Source of the DNA: an uncultured Elusimicrobia bacterium
Lineage (GTDB): Bacteria; Elusimicrobiota; Elusimicrobia; Elusimicrobiales; UBA9959
Direction: 5' to 3'
Length of the DNA stretch: 64,000 nt
NCBI GenBank assembly: GCA_903917735.1
Contig: CAIXBR010000123.1
Span: 3,883 to 67,882 of the forward strand
The position numbers were made by a program, and so were the translations under genes. Shown one piece after another: positions 1-9,316 of the stretch. Every line of letters starts with the position of its first letter. Positions within the stretch are counted from its first letter, which is position 1. The notes below the pieces were generated by a model. The model saw only the letters and a program-made list of their open reading frames with translations. It did no database searches and was not told the DNA's origin.

Positions 1-1361
1 AAAATAAAATTGTCGCTTAAGTTATATTTCGCGGCCGACTGCGCAAAGAAACTTCTGTCGACAGGATTGATCTGCACAAGGTTCGTCAGGTCCAGTTTCT
101 TGGTGAAAGCCTCCTGCCACTGGTTGCGGATGAAGAGCTGCTGGCTGGATGCGGGCTCCATGCTCCTTTGGGCGTAGTCGCGTATGGACCAGAGCGCGGC
201 GTTGGCCTTATCGAAAAGAGGGGCGAGCTCCGGGTAATTATAGATCCTTTGCAGATAGCCCGAGGCGAACCAGTTATGCCAGTCACTGGGCGTCATCCCG
301 GCTTCGTTATAATGGTATTCCACAAAGGTGCTCCGCTTGTGCCCGCTTTCGGTGAATGAAAAGCCGGCCACCGCTTCGTTGCGGGCGCGCATGCTGGAAT
401 CGCCGGGCAAGTAGCCTGCATAGGGCTTAGCGTCGACCCCGAACGATCTTGCGTCGTAGAGCAGCGCTTCGGCCGACAGGCTGCGGCGCTTGCCGCGGCT
501 CCATTCGGCGTAGACAACCAGCTTCTCGCCGATGCCGCGGGACAGGTCGGCGCCAAAAATAGGCTTGGCCGTTTCGCTGTAGTAAAGCAGGTCATAGCTA
601 AGGCCCTTATATGAAGAACTGAACTTGGCCAGATAGCGCGGGCGGGCGTTGGTCCGGTTCAGCGAGAAAGCGAAACTCGACTTATCCGTTATTACCAGGC
701 CGGTCCTATCCGATATCCTCGGGGCGGCGGCTAGGGTCAAGGAACCGAACGGTAGTATGCTCTGCGCCCTGGCCATGACCGTGCCCAGACGGTTCTCCCT
801 CAGTACGAGGGGGTCTTCGGAAGTGCGCAGGCTCACGGCGTCCTTCCTGAAAAAATCTACGGGGTTGAAGCCGATGGCCACACCGCTTTTGAGGTTTATC
901 CTCCCGGCGTCCAGGTAGTTCTCCCCGAAAGCGTTCCAGCTCAGGAAGGCTTCGTTCAGGTCGTTCTGTACCCGGCCGGAGGGAAAGTCGGTGCGGTTGC
1001 TGGAGAGGTGGTTGAGCCGGTCTACCAGCGTAAAGTTCAGCGACGGCAGGATCCGGATATCGGCTTTGCCGTAGAAAGTGAACCGGTTGGAGCAGCCGGG
1101 AGCATAATTGCGCGGCAGGGGGATGAGCGGGCTGTGCCGGCTGGAATTCACCTGCATTTCGTCTTCAAGGAAAAATCTATAGGAATTCCTGCCGCCGGCC
1201 GTGCCGGTAGAAACGGCCGGCTGCGCGGCGGAGACGGACTCCGGGATCAGGTCCAGGTCGTCATCCTGCCCGGCCGCGGCGTTTTGCCAGGCCAGGGACA
1301 GGACGACCGCGCCAAGGGTTAATCCCCTTTGAACCGCGGGAGATATTCTTTTTGGAACCAT
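1..1361 (-). CDS. Exported hypothetical protein (possible outer-membrane barrel), 3' end beyond window
   Basis: Hand translation of the minus strand. ATG at 1359-1361 (MVPKRISPAVQRGLTLGAVVLSLAWQNAAAGQDDD, signal-peptide-like) stays open to base 1. It is absent from the ORF track because it has no stop in the window. Overlaps the upstream LolA-like gene by 43 nt, so it is the last gene of that operon. Confidence 0.5.
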   Translation of the reverse strand, partial: MVPKRISPAVQRGLTLGAVVLSLAWQNAAAGQDDDLDLIPESVSAAQPAVSTGTAGGRNSYRFFLEDEMQVNSSRHSPLIPLPRNYAPGCSNRFTFYGKADIRILPSLNFTLVDRLNHLSSNRTDFPSGRVQNDLNEAFLSWNAFGENYLDAGRINLKSGVAIGFNPVDFFRKDAVSLRTSEDPLVLRENRLGTVMARAQSILPFGSLTLAAAPRISDRTGLVITDKSSFAFSLNRTNARPRYLAKFSSSYKGLSYDLLYYSETAKPIFGADLSRGIGEKLVVYAEWSRGKRRSLSAEALLYDARSFGVDAKPYAGYLPGDSSMRARNEAVAGFSFTESGHKRSTFVEYHYNEAGMTPSDWHNWFASGYLQRIYNYPELAPLFDKANAALWSIRDYAQRSMEPASSQQLFIRNQWQEAFTKKLDLTNLVQINPVDRSFFAQSAAKYNLSDNFI

Positions 1362-2092
1362 TCTTCCGGTATCTTCCTGTTGTTGTAGCTGTCGAAGATC
1401 ATTTTTGTAACGAGCTTCGGATCGACGCCGTCGATAATGATGGCTTCGGTGGGCCGTTCTCTGCCCAGTTCCGTCCTGTAGCCGCCATAGTAAACTATCT
1501 TCAGCAGGCGGCCGCTATCCGAATAGAATTTTCCTTTCAACGGGCGGGAATCCGCTTTGTCTACCCAGTATTCCACGCGGTAGTAATTCGAGTCGCCCCG
1601 GGAGGTCAGGTTCAGCTTATAGCAGGGGACCTTGGCCTTTGCGGAATCCATGATCGTTTCCTCGCCGGCCAGCTCGGCCTTGTAATCCTTATGCATGTTG
1701 GCCGTCATCACGTCGCCGTTCGAGGCCTGTCCCATCAGCCGCTGCTGGGGGGAAATGCGCACGCTGGATTTAGAGGTGGGGTCATAGAACCACAGTTCCG
1801 TCCCGTTCTTCAGCATTACTTTGCCCTGGTCCTTGGGCGGTTTCAGGAAAAGCGCCAGGGTGCGGTACTGCCCGGTAGCGGTATTTTCCTTCGAATAGAC
1901 GTTCAGCGCCATCGAGTTCTCCTGCTTGCCCGCCCGGTACTCCGTCAGGGAAACTACGATGCTGAAGGGGTTGTCCGGGTTGCGGACCGCGTCGGCTTGC
2001 GCAACTATCCCGTCCGCCGTCTTGGGTGTTTGCACCGCGTAAGACGGCAGCGCGAAAAAAGTAAGGACCACGGCCGAGATCATAGTTCTCAT
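1319..2092 (-). CDS. LolA-like outer-membrane lipoprotein-sorting family protein
   Basis: 257 aa with a signal peptide (MRTMISAVVLTFFALPSYA). Size and blocks (LWFYDP, YYRVEYWVD) resemble the LolA-like proteins that follow FtsX-type ABC pairs. Confidence 0.7.
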   Translation of the reverse strand: MRTMISAVVLTFFALPSYAVQTPKTADGIVAQADAVRNPDNPFSIVVSLTEYRAGKQENSMALNVYSKENTATGQYRTLALFLKPPKDQGKVMLKNGTELWFYDPTSKSSVRISPQQRLMGQASNGDVMTANMHKDYKAELAGEETIMDSAKAKVPCYKLNLTSRGDSNYYRVEYWVDKADSRPLKGKFYSDSGRLLKIVYYGGYRTELGRERPTEAIIIDGVDPKLVTKMIFDSYNNRKIPEEWFQKEYLPRFKGD

Positions 2093-2149
2093 ATATTCTC
2101 CTACTGCTGCGCCGTCCCGTTCCCCGGGTTGCTCCGGCAGTCTTGCCGC

Positions 2150-3544
2150 CTAATTGTGCCGCAGCGCGTCCACTATCGCCATCCTGGAAGCGTTGCGCGC
2201 CGGAAATACCGAAGAAAGCGTGGCCACGGATATAAGCCCAAGCCAGCAGACCGGCAGGAAAAAAGGCTGCAGGAACATATGGATGGACAGAAGTATCGGG
2301 GTGGCGTAATCCGGCGGGGTCCATGTCACTTCCATCAGGTTTATCGTGAAACTGACCACCAGCGCCAGTACTACTCCAAGGGTCGAGCCCAGTGTTCCCA
2401 GCAGAAAACCTTCGCCCACGAACTGGCTGATAATGGCGGAGCGCCGCAGCCCTAAGGCCCGGGCCGTGCCGATCTCGCTGATGCGCTCCATAACGCTCAT
2501 CGACATGGTGTTTATGGTGGTGAAAAGGACTATCACGCCCATGATGAGAGCTATGAACCCGAAGATGGTGGTGAACATCGAGATGGTCTGCCCGTACATG
2601 GGGCGGACCTCGCCAAACGTTTTCACTTCATAGTCGTCCGGCGGAAGGATCTGCTGCAGCCGCTTTTTGACCATTTCCATGTCGTCGGTGCGGTTCAGCT
2701 GAAGCATCAGCCCGGTCACTTTTTTCGCGCCCCGCCCGCTGATCAGTTTCTGCGCAAGGTCCAGGTTCATTATGATAAGACCGTCGTTGAAAGCTTTCGT
2801 GCCCATCATTATGGCTTTGCGAAGGCTCACCGAAACCACATTAGGCGCGCCGCCGGAAGTGGCGGCCAGGAGGTCGAGATGCGCCGTATCGCCGGTTCCC
2901 TCGGTATTCTTCTCCGGAAAATCCTCCCGGGTCAGCGCGCTGAAATCCTCGGTCGGCGCGCTGGCGGCAGTTTCCTTCTTTACCTGCGGCCGGGCAGCGC
3001 AATTATCCAGCTTGAGAGCGCCGCAAAGGTCCATCCTTTCGGCCATACCGTAGCCTATCACCCCGCCCGACAGGTCCGGATCCTGAAGCCCGGTAGAGAC
3101 GTCGGTCTTGGTGACCTTCATATGGTACTGGTCCCACGTCATAAGTTTCTCGAACAGCGAGGGCACTATGCCCATTCCGAAGAAAGACTGCGAAGTGTCC
3201 GCCACGAAATTGCCGGCTATTCCCTGAAAAGCCAGGAAAGGCATTACCAGCCGCAGCTGCGGCTTTATGACCGGGTCCGCGGTTATCAGCTGCGTCACAC
3301 GCCCGTAATCCTCCATCCCGTAAGCCGAGGGATTGGCCGAGCCGTACTGGGAATAACCTTTCCTGTAAATATGGATATGACCCGCCGATCTTACGTAGCC
3401 GGTCTGTAGCGTGTAGATTATAGAAGAAATATTACCGCCGAAAAGAAGGACCGAGAGGCTGCTCACGGCTATGGCGAGAATGGTCATCAGCGACCGCCGC
3501 TTATTGCGGCAGATGTTGCGGTAGGCTATCTTTAAGATTGTCAT
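2150..3544 (-). CDS. ABC transporter permease, FtsX/MacB/LolCE type
   Basis: 464 aa: N-terminal TM, large periplasmic loop, C-terminal FtsX-type TM bundle. 4-nt overlap with the upstream ATPase gene. Confidence 0.85.
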   Translation of the reverse strand: MTILKIAYRNICRNKRRSLMTILAIAVSSLSVLLFGGNISSIIYTLQTGYVRSAGHIHIYRKGYSQYGSANPSAYGMEDYGRVTQLITADPVIKPQLRLVMPFLAFQGIAGNFVADTSQSFFGMGIVPSLFEKLMTWDQYHMKVTKTDVSTGLQDPDLSGGVIGYGMAERMDLCGALKLDNCAARPQVKKETAASAPTEDFSALTREDFPEKNTEGTGDTAHLDLLAATSGGAPNVVSVSLRKAIMMGTKAFNDGLIIMNLDLAQKLISGRGAKKVTGLMLQLNRTDDMEMVKKRLQQILPPDDYEVKTFGEVRPMYGQTISMFTTIFGFIALIMGVIVLFTTINTMSMSVMERISEIGTARALGLRRSAIISQFVGEGFLLGTLGSTLGVVLALVVSFTINLMEVTWTPPDYATPILLSIHMFLQPFFLPVCWLGLISVATLSSVFPARNASRMAIVDALRHN

Positions 3545-4221
3545 AGAATTACCCCGTCCATTATCATAAACAGGTCCTCGGCGTTGGTTATGAGGTTGCG
3601 GTCGTGGGAGGAAAAGATGAAGGTAGTGTTCTCCTGCGCCTGAATCTTCTGCATAAGCTCTATTATCTCGGTCCCGGTCCTGTGGTCCAGGTTCGCCGTA
3701 GGCTCGTCGGCCAGTACCAGTTCGGGCTGTTTTACCAGGGCGCGGGCGATGGCCACCCGCTGCCGCTGGCCGCCGCTCAGCTCGTTCGGGAATTTGTCCC
3801 TGTGGTCGGCAAGCCCCACTTTTTCCAGCGTGGCCAGCACGCGCTCCCGGCGTTCCGCGGACGGGGTCTTCATCACAAGAAGGGGATACTCTACGTTCTC
3901 ATACGCGGAGAACACAGGCATGAGATTGAACGTCTGGAAGATAAAGCCTATATGCCTGGCGCGGAAATCCGACATCTCGTCGTCGGACATCAGCGCCGTG
4001 TTCTTGCCGCACACTTCAATGCTCCCGGTGGTGGGCGTATCTATGCAGCCGATGAGGTTTAAAAGGGTTGACTTGCCGCTGCCCGACTGACCTATTATGA
4101 CGTTGAACTTGTTGCGGGGGATCTCCGCGGTGATGCCCTTCAAAGCCTGTATCTCCACTTTGTCCAGCATGTGGGTCTTGGTGACGTTATTGAGCCGCAC
4201 CACAAATTGTGTTTCTGCCAT
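3541..4221 (-). CDS. ABC transporter ATP-binding protein (LolD/MacB-like)
   Basis: Walker A GQSGSGKST, signature LSGGQRQR, Walker B LVLADEPT, H-loop SSHD. Start moved to the internal ATG at 4221, which is preceded by GGAGGAAGG. The track start at 4308 has no RBS. Confidence 0.9.
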   Translation of the reverse strand: MAETQFVVRLNNVTKTHMLDKVEIQALKGITAEIPRNKFNVIIGQSGSGKSTLLNLIGCIDTPTTGSIEVCGKNTALMSDDEMSDFRARHIGFIFQTFNLMPVFSAYENVEYPLLVMKTPSAERRERVLATLEKVGLADHRDKFPNELSGGQRQRVAIARALVKQPELVLADEPTANLDHRTGTEIIELMQKIQAQENTTFIFSSHDRNLITNAEDLFMIMDGVIL

Positions 4222-4382
4222 ACCTTCCTCCGGAACTTGGAATTGAGCTGAACGGTAAATCCTACTGGGTCCTTTATGTATTGTAGCGAATTTACGAAGC
4301 CCGTCCAACGTATAGAATTATCCTGTAGCGAATTATCACGTATGCGAGCGCGGCGGAGCTTTTCCATATTCCGAAAAAACAC

Positions 4383-4498
4383 CGCGCTTTATGTTACTAC
4401 TAATAATTTGGGGGGATTGAAGCTGATTTTCGGGAAATTTTCAAGCGGGAAAAATGTCAGGCGAAGGGGAAACAACAATAACAGCACGTATGTGTCCT
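4383..4498. repeat. Direct repeat R1 (pairs with 5772-5889)
   Basis: Hand alignment gives roughly four of five positions identical over ~115 bp with R2. Shared blocks: CTTTATGTTA..., GAAAATTTTCA.GCGGAAAAA.ATGTCAG.CGAAGGGGAAAC. Confidence 0.7.
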
Positions 4499-4617
4499 AC
4501 TCTGCGTCTCCGTGAGGAGATTCTCCATCTCTATCCGAATCATTTTTGATAGCCACTATAAGGCATAAAAGGCACAATTGATTTTCTTTTGTGCTTTATG
4601 TGCATTTTTGGGGGACA

Positions 4618-4646
4618 ATAAAAAGCCGGGTGAACCGGCTTTTTTG
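4618..4646 (-). terminator. Rho-independent terminator of the ParA operon
   Basis: AAAAAGCCGG-GTGAA-CCGGCTTTTTT, with A/T runs on both sides, 26 nt after the stop at 4672. Confidence 0.75.
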
Positions 4647-4671
4647 AGTAATGCGTTTTGCAAAAACGCCT

Positions 4672-4869
4672 TTACCGGCCGAACATCGAACGGATAAGCC
4701 CCGTGATGCCCTTCTTCCTGGCCGGCGGCTTGAGGATAGCTTCCTGTATCTCCGCGCGGACGCCGCCGCTTTGGGCCGGCTTCCTGGCTTTCTTATCTTT
4801 CCCGCCCTTTTTTTCTTTCGGAATATCCAGCTGGTCCAAAGGGTTGAATCCTATAGTTTTTCTAGCCAT
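4672..4869 (-). CDS. 65-aa basic ParA-partner candidate
   Basis: ATG lies 4 nt after the ParA stop and a terminator follows. N-terminus MARKTIGFNPLDQL, Lys/Arg-rich middle, C-terminus KKGITGLIRSMFGR (amphipathic). Confidence 0.6.
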   Translation of the reverse strand: MARKTIGFNPLDQLDIPKEKKGGKDKKARKPAQSGGVRAEIQEAILKPPARKKGITGLIRSMFGR

Positions 4870-4873
4870 GGTT

Positions 4874-5638
4874 TTAGTTCTGCTTGTTCCGCTTGAGCAA
4901 TTCCCTGGCGAGGCTGCGGTAGTCCTCTGCCCCGGTGCTGCTGGAAGCGTACATTGTGATAGGCTTTCCGAACGAGGGACATTCGGCCAGCCGGACGTTC
5001 TCGCGGATGCTGGTCTTGTAGACCAGCTTCCCGAACTTTTGATGCAGGCTCTCCACCACTTCCCTGGAGTGATTCGTACGCTGGTCCACGCGGCAGGCGA
5101 GTATCCCGCAGATAAAAAGACCGGGATTGAGCCGCTCCTGCACCACCTCTACGGTCTGGGTAAGAGAGTACAGCCCGCCCAGCGCCATGATGTGCGCTTC
5201 CACGGGTATCAGCACTTCCTGGGCGGCGGAGAGCGCGTTGATGGTCAAAAGGTCCAGGGAGGGAGGGCAGTCTTTTATGAGGAAATCCCAGCGGTCGGCC
5301 GGGAGCTTGGCTATGCGCTTGCGCAGCACGGTTTCCACGCCTATCTCGCCGGCCAGGGCTTTGCCGGCGCCGGAGAGCGACATGGAGGAAGCGATGATGT
5401 CCAGATTGGGGATGGCGGTCGGCTGGACCAGATCGACGAGATTTTTACCCTCGGTTAGGACTTCCAGCAGGCCCCGGTTGGCGTCCTTAAAGCCCAGCCA
5501 GGAGGACGCTGCGGCGGCGGGGTCCAGGTCCATGATCAGGACACGCCGGCCGGATTCGGCCAATGAGGCCGCGAGATTTACGGCGGTTGTGGTCTTTCCG
5601 CTTCCGCCTTTCTGATTGAGGATTGCAATCGTGCGCAT
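4874..5638 (-). CDS. ParA/Soj-family P-loop ATPase
   Basis: Deviant Walker A NQKGGSGKTTTAVNLA, and ParA-type blocks DLDP, IPVE. Start set at MRTIAILNQKGG (track start 5713 adds 25 implausible residues). Confidence 0.85.
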   Translation of the reverse strand: MRTIAILNQKGGSGKTTTAVNLAASLAESGRRVLIMDLDPAAAASSWLGFKDANRGLLEVLTEGKNLVDLVQPTAIPNLDIIASSMSLSGAGKALAGEIGVETVLRKRIAKLPADRWDFLIKDCPPSLDLLTINALSAAQEVLIPVEAHIMALGGLYSLTQTVEVVQERLNPGLFICGILACRVDQRTNHSREVVESLHQKFGKLVYKTSIRENVRLAECPSFGKPITMYASSSTGAEDYRSLARELLKRNKQN

Positions 5639-5771
5639 GAAGGTAATATACATTATTATGGTTTGCGCTGAGAAGCGAGCGCTACGATAAAAGCCCCGCT
5701 TTGTAAGGAACATGTGAAAAGATAAATCTATTTTTATTGCGCGGCTTGAGCCGCGGAGGAACGCCGGTGCT

Positions 5772-5889
5772 TCGCGACTTTATGTTATTATAAATCAATT
5801 GGCGGATGGAAGCGGATTTCTGAAAATTTTCATGCGGAAAAAAATGTCAGACGAAGGGGAAACTAACAACAACAGCGCTTATGTTTCCA
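5772..5889. repeat. Direct repeat R2 (pairs with 4383-4498)
   Basis: See R1. Lies between the ParA start (5638) and the divergent MBL-fold gene (5942). Confidence 0.7.
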
Positions 5890-5941
5890 GTTTTAACAGG
5901 ACAGCTGTAATTATTGGCAGAAGATAAGGGGGCCGGACGCG

Positions 5942-6886
5942 ATGCATGTACATTTCTGGGGCACGAGAGGGTCGCTTCCTTATTCAATGACGGCCACTAC
6001 CGTAAGGGCGAAGATCCGCGCCGCCCTGCTTTTGTGGCGGGAAGAAAAGGGAACGGACGTTGATAGTTTTATCGACGGAAAGCTCCCCTTCCATATGCGC
6101 GGCGCCTACGGCGGGAATACATCCTGCGTGGAGATAGGGGGCTGCTCCGAGCCCGTGATCTGCGATGCCGGCACCGGCCTTAGGGACCTCGGGGCGGGGC
6201 TTGCCGGCGGCGCCCCGGCGGCAGCCAAGGTCTATAATATTTTCATTTCACATCTCCACTGGGACCATATTCAGGGTTTTCCCTTTTTTCCCCCGCTCTT
6301 CGATCCGGCTGCGGAAATAAATATTTTCGGCGGCCATGAAGATCTGCGCGAGGCTTTTACCGCCCAGCAGGAAGCCCCGTTCTTCCCGGTTCCCCTCAAG
6401 GCCGTCAGGGCGCGTTTGAATTTCCGAACGCTGAAACCGGACCGTCCCTACGATATCGCAGGCTGCAAGGTGCGTCCGATCGCCCAGTCTCATCCGGGTG
6501 GTTCGTACGGCTATATTTTTGAGCGCGGCGGCAAGAAGGTGGTTTACTCCACCGACTCCGAGCACAAGAGCCAGTCCGACAACGCCGGATATCCTTTTCT
6601 CAAGCACTTCAAGGACGCCGATCTCCTTATCCTTGACGCCCAGTACACACTGCTTGATGCGATAGACAAAAAGGAGAACTGGGGCCATTCCAGCAATCTG
6701 CTGGCCGTTGAACTGGCGGTGCGGTCCGGAGCCCGGAGTCTCTGCCTCTTCCACAACGAGCACACGTTCGACGATGAAAAGCTCTATAAATTCCTTTCCA
6801 ATACGGAAAAATATCTGCGGCTCTACGCTCCTTCCTCCCGGATAGAAGTTTTGATGGCTTATGACGGTCTGCATCTGATGCTCTGA
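5942..6886 (+). CDS. MBL-fold metallo-hydrolase
   Basis: HxHxDH motif (ISHLHWDHIQG). N-terminus MHVHFWGTRGS is typical of this superfamily. Confidence 0.8.
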   Translation: MHVHFWGTRGSLPYSMTATTVRAKIRAALLLWREEKGTDVDSFIDGKLPFHMRGAYGGNTSCVEIGGCSEPVICDAGTGLRDLGAGLAGGAPAAAKVYNIFISHLHWDHIQGFPFFPPLFDPAAEINIFGGHEDLREAFTAQQEAPFFPVPLKAVRARLNFRTLKPDRPYDIAGCKVRPIAQSHPGGSYGYIFERGGKKVVYSTDSEHKSQSDNAGYPFLKHFKDADLLILDAQYTLLDAIDKKENWGHSSNLLAVELAVRSGARSLCLFHNEHTFDDEKLYKFLSNTEKYLRLYAPSSRIEVLMAYDGLHLML

Positions 6887-6910
6887 AAAACATAAAAACC
6901 GCCGTCCCAG

Positions 6911-7166
6911 CGCCTGTTTTATCTATAATAACAAAACGCGGGCGTTTTTATGGATTTTGCGCGGTCCCCCCAGCGGCCGGCTGACCGGGCGTGTTTGCGC
7001 AGGGTTGTTGGTTTGTCAGTCGTCGGCCGGGGCGGGTTCTATATCTTAAATATAAGTCCGCGCGCAGGTCTAACCGGCATTCTTCGTCCGGCGGACCGCA
7101 GATTTGGGCTGTTTTGAGCGCGGGCTTGAATGTCGGGAATTCAGCCGGCAGGCCCAAGTGGGTTAA
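6911..7166 (-). mobile_element. IS91-family 3'-end relic, copy A (short form, diverged)
   Basis: Minus strand encodes GLPAEFPTFKPALKTAQICGPPDEEC. CTATAATAAC block at 6923-6932. Ends at GGGTTAA (7166). Confidence 0.65.
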
Positions 7167-7213
7167 ACTGGAAAAAAGGTTCAGGCAAATATCACGCCCG
7201 GGAGAGCTGAATT

Positions 7214-7828
7214 ATGGGATTCTCATTATTCCCTAGAAATATAAAGTTTTTCGAATATTTTCAGCGGCAGCAGAAGCTCGTGGCGCAAGCCGCCGGGGTG
7301 CTGCTGCTGCTGTGTTCCGGCGGGGGCGCGGCGGCGGAGCACTGCGGGCGCCTCCACGCGCTCGAAGACGAAGGGAACCGTCTGGTCCGGGAGATCTCCC
7401 GGCTCCTGGCGGAAACTTTTATAACTCCCATCGACCGCGAAGATGTCTACCGCATTGCGAACGGCTACGAAGAGCTGCTGAACCAGGCCCGCTCTATCGG
7501 CGTGCGGATCGGACTGTACCGCCTGGAGAAAAATAACGCGACGGTGCAGGAGCTGGCGGACTGTTTCAAGCAGATGACCGCGGGCTGCGGCGCCCTGCTC
7601 GACGGCATCTCCGCTGACAGTTATTCCGAGGCGCCGATGAACGACATCATCCGGCTTAAAACGGAAAGCGACAATCTGCTGCTCGTCGCGATGGGCGAGC
7701 TGTATGAAAAAACCGCAAGCGGGGACACTCTGACCGTAGCGCAGCTCCTTGACCGCTGCGAGGCGCTGCTAGTCGTCACGGAGCGCTTCGCTTATACGCT
7801 GGAAGCGATCGGCATTAAGAATGTTTGA
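7214..7828 (+). CDS. DUF47/PhoU-like protein associated with PiT transporters
   Basis: 204 aa, N-terminus FPRNIKFFEYF. 8-nt overlap with the downstream PiT gene, the usual pairing. Confidence 0.75.
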   Translation: MGFSLFPRNIKFFEYFQRQQKLVAQAAGVLLLLCSGGGAAAEHCGRLHALEDEGNRLVREISRLLAETFITPIDREDVYRIANGYEELLNQARSIGVRIGLYRLEKNNATVQELADCFKQMTAGCGALLDGISADSYSEAPMNDIIRLKTESDNLLLVAMGELYEKTASGDTLTVAQLLDRCEALLVVTERFAYTLEAIGIKNV

Positions 7829-8834
7829 GATCCCGGCTCTGCTGCTGGCCGTCATAATTATCGCGCTGGTCTTTGATTATACCAACGGGGCCCATGACAC
7901 GGGCAATGTCATAGCCACGGTGATAGCGACGCGCGCCCTCACGCCCATGCAGGCCGTAGCCATGGCCTCCGTCTTGAATTTCGCTGGGGCGATGGTAGGG
8001 AATAAAGTGGCGCTGACGGTCGGCACCGGCATCCTGAACACCGCGCTGATCATGAATTGCAGGCTGCTGGTGCCGGCCGCGCTGCTCGGAGCGATTTTCT
8101 GGAATGTCCTGACCTGGATCCTCGGACTGCCTTCTTCTTCCTCGCACGCGCTGGTGGGCGGGCTTATCGGCGCCGGCCTGGCTTACGGCGGCTGGGGAAC
8201 GCTGGAATATGCCAGCATTTTCTGGAAAGTCCTTGTGCCGATCTTCGCGTCTCCGCTGGCCGGGTTTATTGTCGGCTATTTCACCACCCTGAGCCTGGCC
8301 TGGGCTTGTACGAAGGCGAAGCCCAGGCCGGCCAACCGCGCCTTTCGCAGGCTGCAGATCCTGTCGTCCTCGGTGATGGCGTTCAGCCACGGGATGAACG
8401 ACGCCCAGAAGACCATGGGTATTATCACGCTTGCCCTGTTTATTTTCGGGAGGATCCCGGCGATCGTAGTGCCGCTGTGGGTCAAGATCGCCTGCGCAAC
8501 AGTGATGATGCTGGGGACCATAACGGGGGGCTGGAAGATAGTTAAGACGATGGGAAGCAAATTCTTCCACATGGAGCCGCTGCACGGCTTCGCTATCCAG
8601 ACCGCCTCGGCGCTGGTGATAGAGGGGGCGACTCATTTCGGCGCTCCCATCAGCACCACGCACGTGATCTCTTCGGCGGTGCTCGGTTCCGGCTCCGTGC
8701 GGAATTTTTCCGCGGTGCGCTGGGGCGTAGCAAAAAAGATGGTAACCGCGTGGGTTTTGACCCTGCCCGCCGCCGCGGTGGTGGGCGCGCTGATGTTCCG
8801 GCTACTGCAGTTCCTGGCCGGCTTTTCTAAATAA
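7821..8834 (+). CDS. Inorganic phosphate transporter, PiT (PHO4) family
   Basis: 337 aa polytopic protein with a GAHDTGNVIAT motif near the N-terminus and a second SHGMNDAQKTMG repeat. Confidence 0.85.
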   Translation: MFEIPALLLAVIIIALVFDYTNGAHDTGNVIATVIATRALTPMQAVAMASVLNFAGAMVGNKVALTVGTGILNTALIMNCRLLVPAALLGAIFWNVLTWILGLPSSSSHALVGGLIGAGLAYGGWGTLEYASIFWKVLVPIFASPLAGFIVGYFTTLSLAWACTKAKPRPANRAFRRLQILSSSVMAFSHGMNDAQKTMGIITLALFIFGRIPAIVVPLWVKIACATVMMLGTITGGWKIVKTMGSKFFHMEPLHGFAIQTASALVIEGATHFGAPISTTHVISSAVLGSGSVRNFSAVRWGVAKKMVTAWVLTLPAAAVVGALMFRLLQFLAGFSK

Positions 8835-8889
8835 GACTTTTCTATCCTGCCGGGACTGCAGCCGAAACCATTTTTGGCGTTCGATAGCC

Positions 8890-9312
8890 TTAGTGTTTTG
8901 TATTTCCCAGGTTAAAGACCAGGGTAAGGACATTGAACCCGGGGAGGCGGCGGTAGCTTACGCCATCGGTTACTTTTTTAATGAGATAAGCCCCGAGCCC
9001 GCCAATGGGGCGCTCGCTTATGTCCATGGACAGGTCGGGGTCCGGAAGTTTGGTTATATCGAATTCCCTGCCGGAGTCGCGGATCTCCACGCTGAACTTC
9101 CCTTCGGCTGAGGCGCAGTCGATCTCTATTTCTCCGGGATTTCCGGGGTTCGCGTATTTGAAAACGTTGGTGACGGCCTCTTCGAGAGCGAGCTCCATGT
9201 CCCCGATGCGCGCGGAGAACCCCGCGGCCGCGGCCGCCCCGGTCACGCACTCCGTTATCACCGGGAGGCTTTCGAGGACCGCCGGTATTTTTATGTGCCC
9301 CGTGGAGGACAT
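8890..9312 (-). CDS. RsbW/SpoIIAB-like anti-sigma serine kinase (HATPase_c_2)
   Basis: 140 aa. N-box ALEEAVTNVFKYA, G-boxes RDSGREFD and GGLGAYLI. Confidence 0.8.
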   Translation of the reverse strand: MSSTGHIKIPAVLESLPVITECVTGAAAAAGFSARIGDMELALEEAVTNVFKYANPGNPGEIEIDCASAEGKFSVEIRDSGREFDITKLPDPDLSMDISERPIGGLGAYLIKKVTDGVSYRRLPGFNVLTLVFNLGNTKH

Positions 9313-9316
9313 TCTT

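Noticed and set aside
1352-2455. Long antisense ORFs in GC-rich genes (this one 367 aa; also 53101-54378, 26208-27374, 7815-8663, 58199-58969, 6248-6874, 31555-32247, 30646-31356)
   Set aside because: Each lies opposite a gene with clear family motifs and has Arg/Gly/Pro/His-rich low-complexity composition typical of shadow frames.
4455-4550. Short ORFs opening inside the R1/R2 repeats (MSGEGET.. and MSDEGET..)
   Set aside because: The two copies diverge completely after 7 codons and have different lengths, and the RBS is weak. The conservation is at the DNA level, not the peptide level.
4563-4603. Imperfect inverted repeat GCATAAAAGGCACAA..TTGTGCTTTATGTGC as a parS-like centromere for the ParA unit
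   Set aside because: Only 12 of 15 positions pair, it is a single copy, and it lies beyond the operon terminator. There is not enough evidence to call a centromere.
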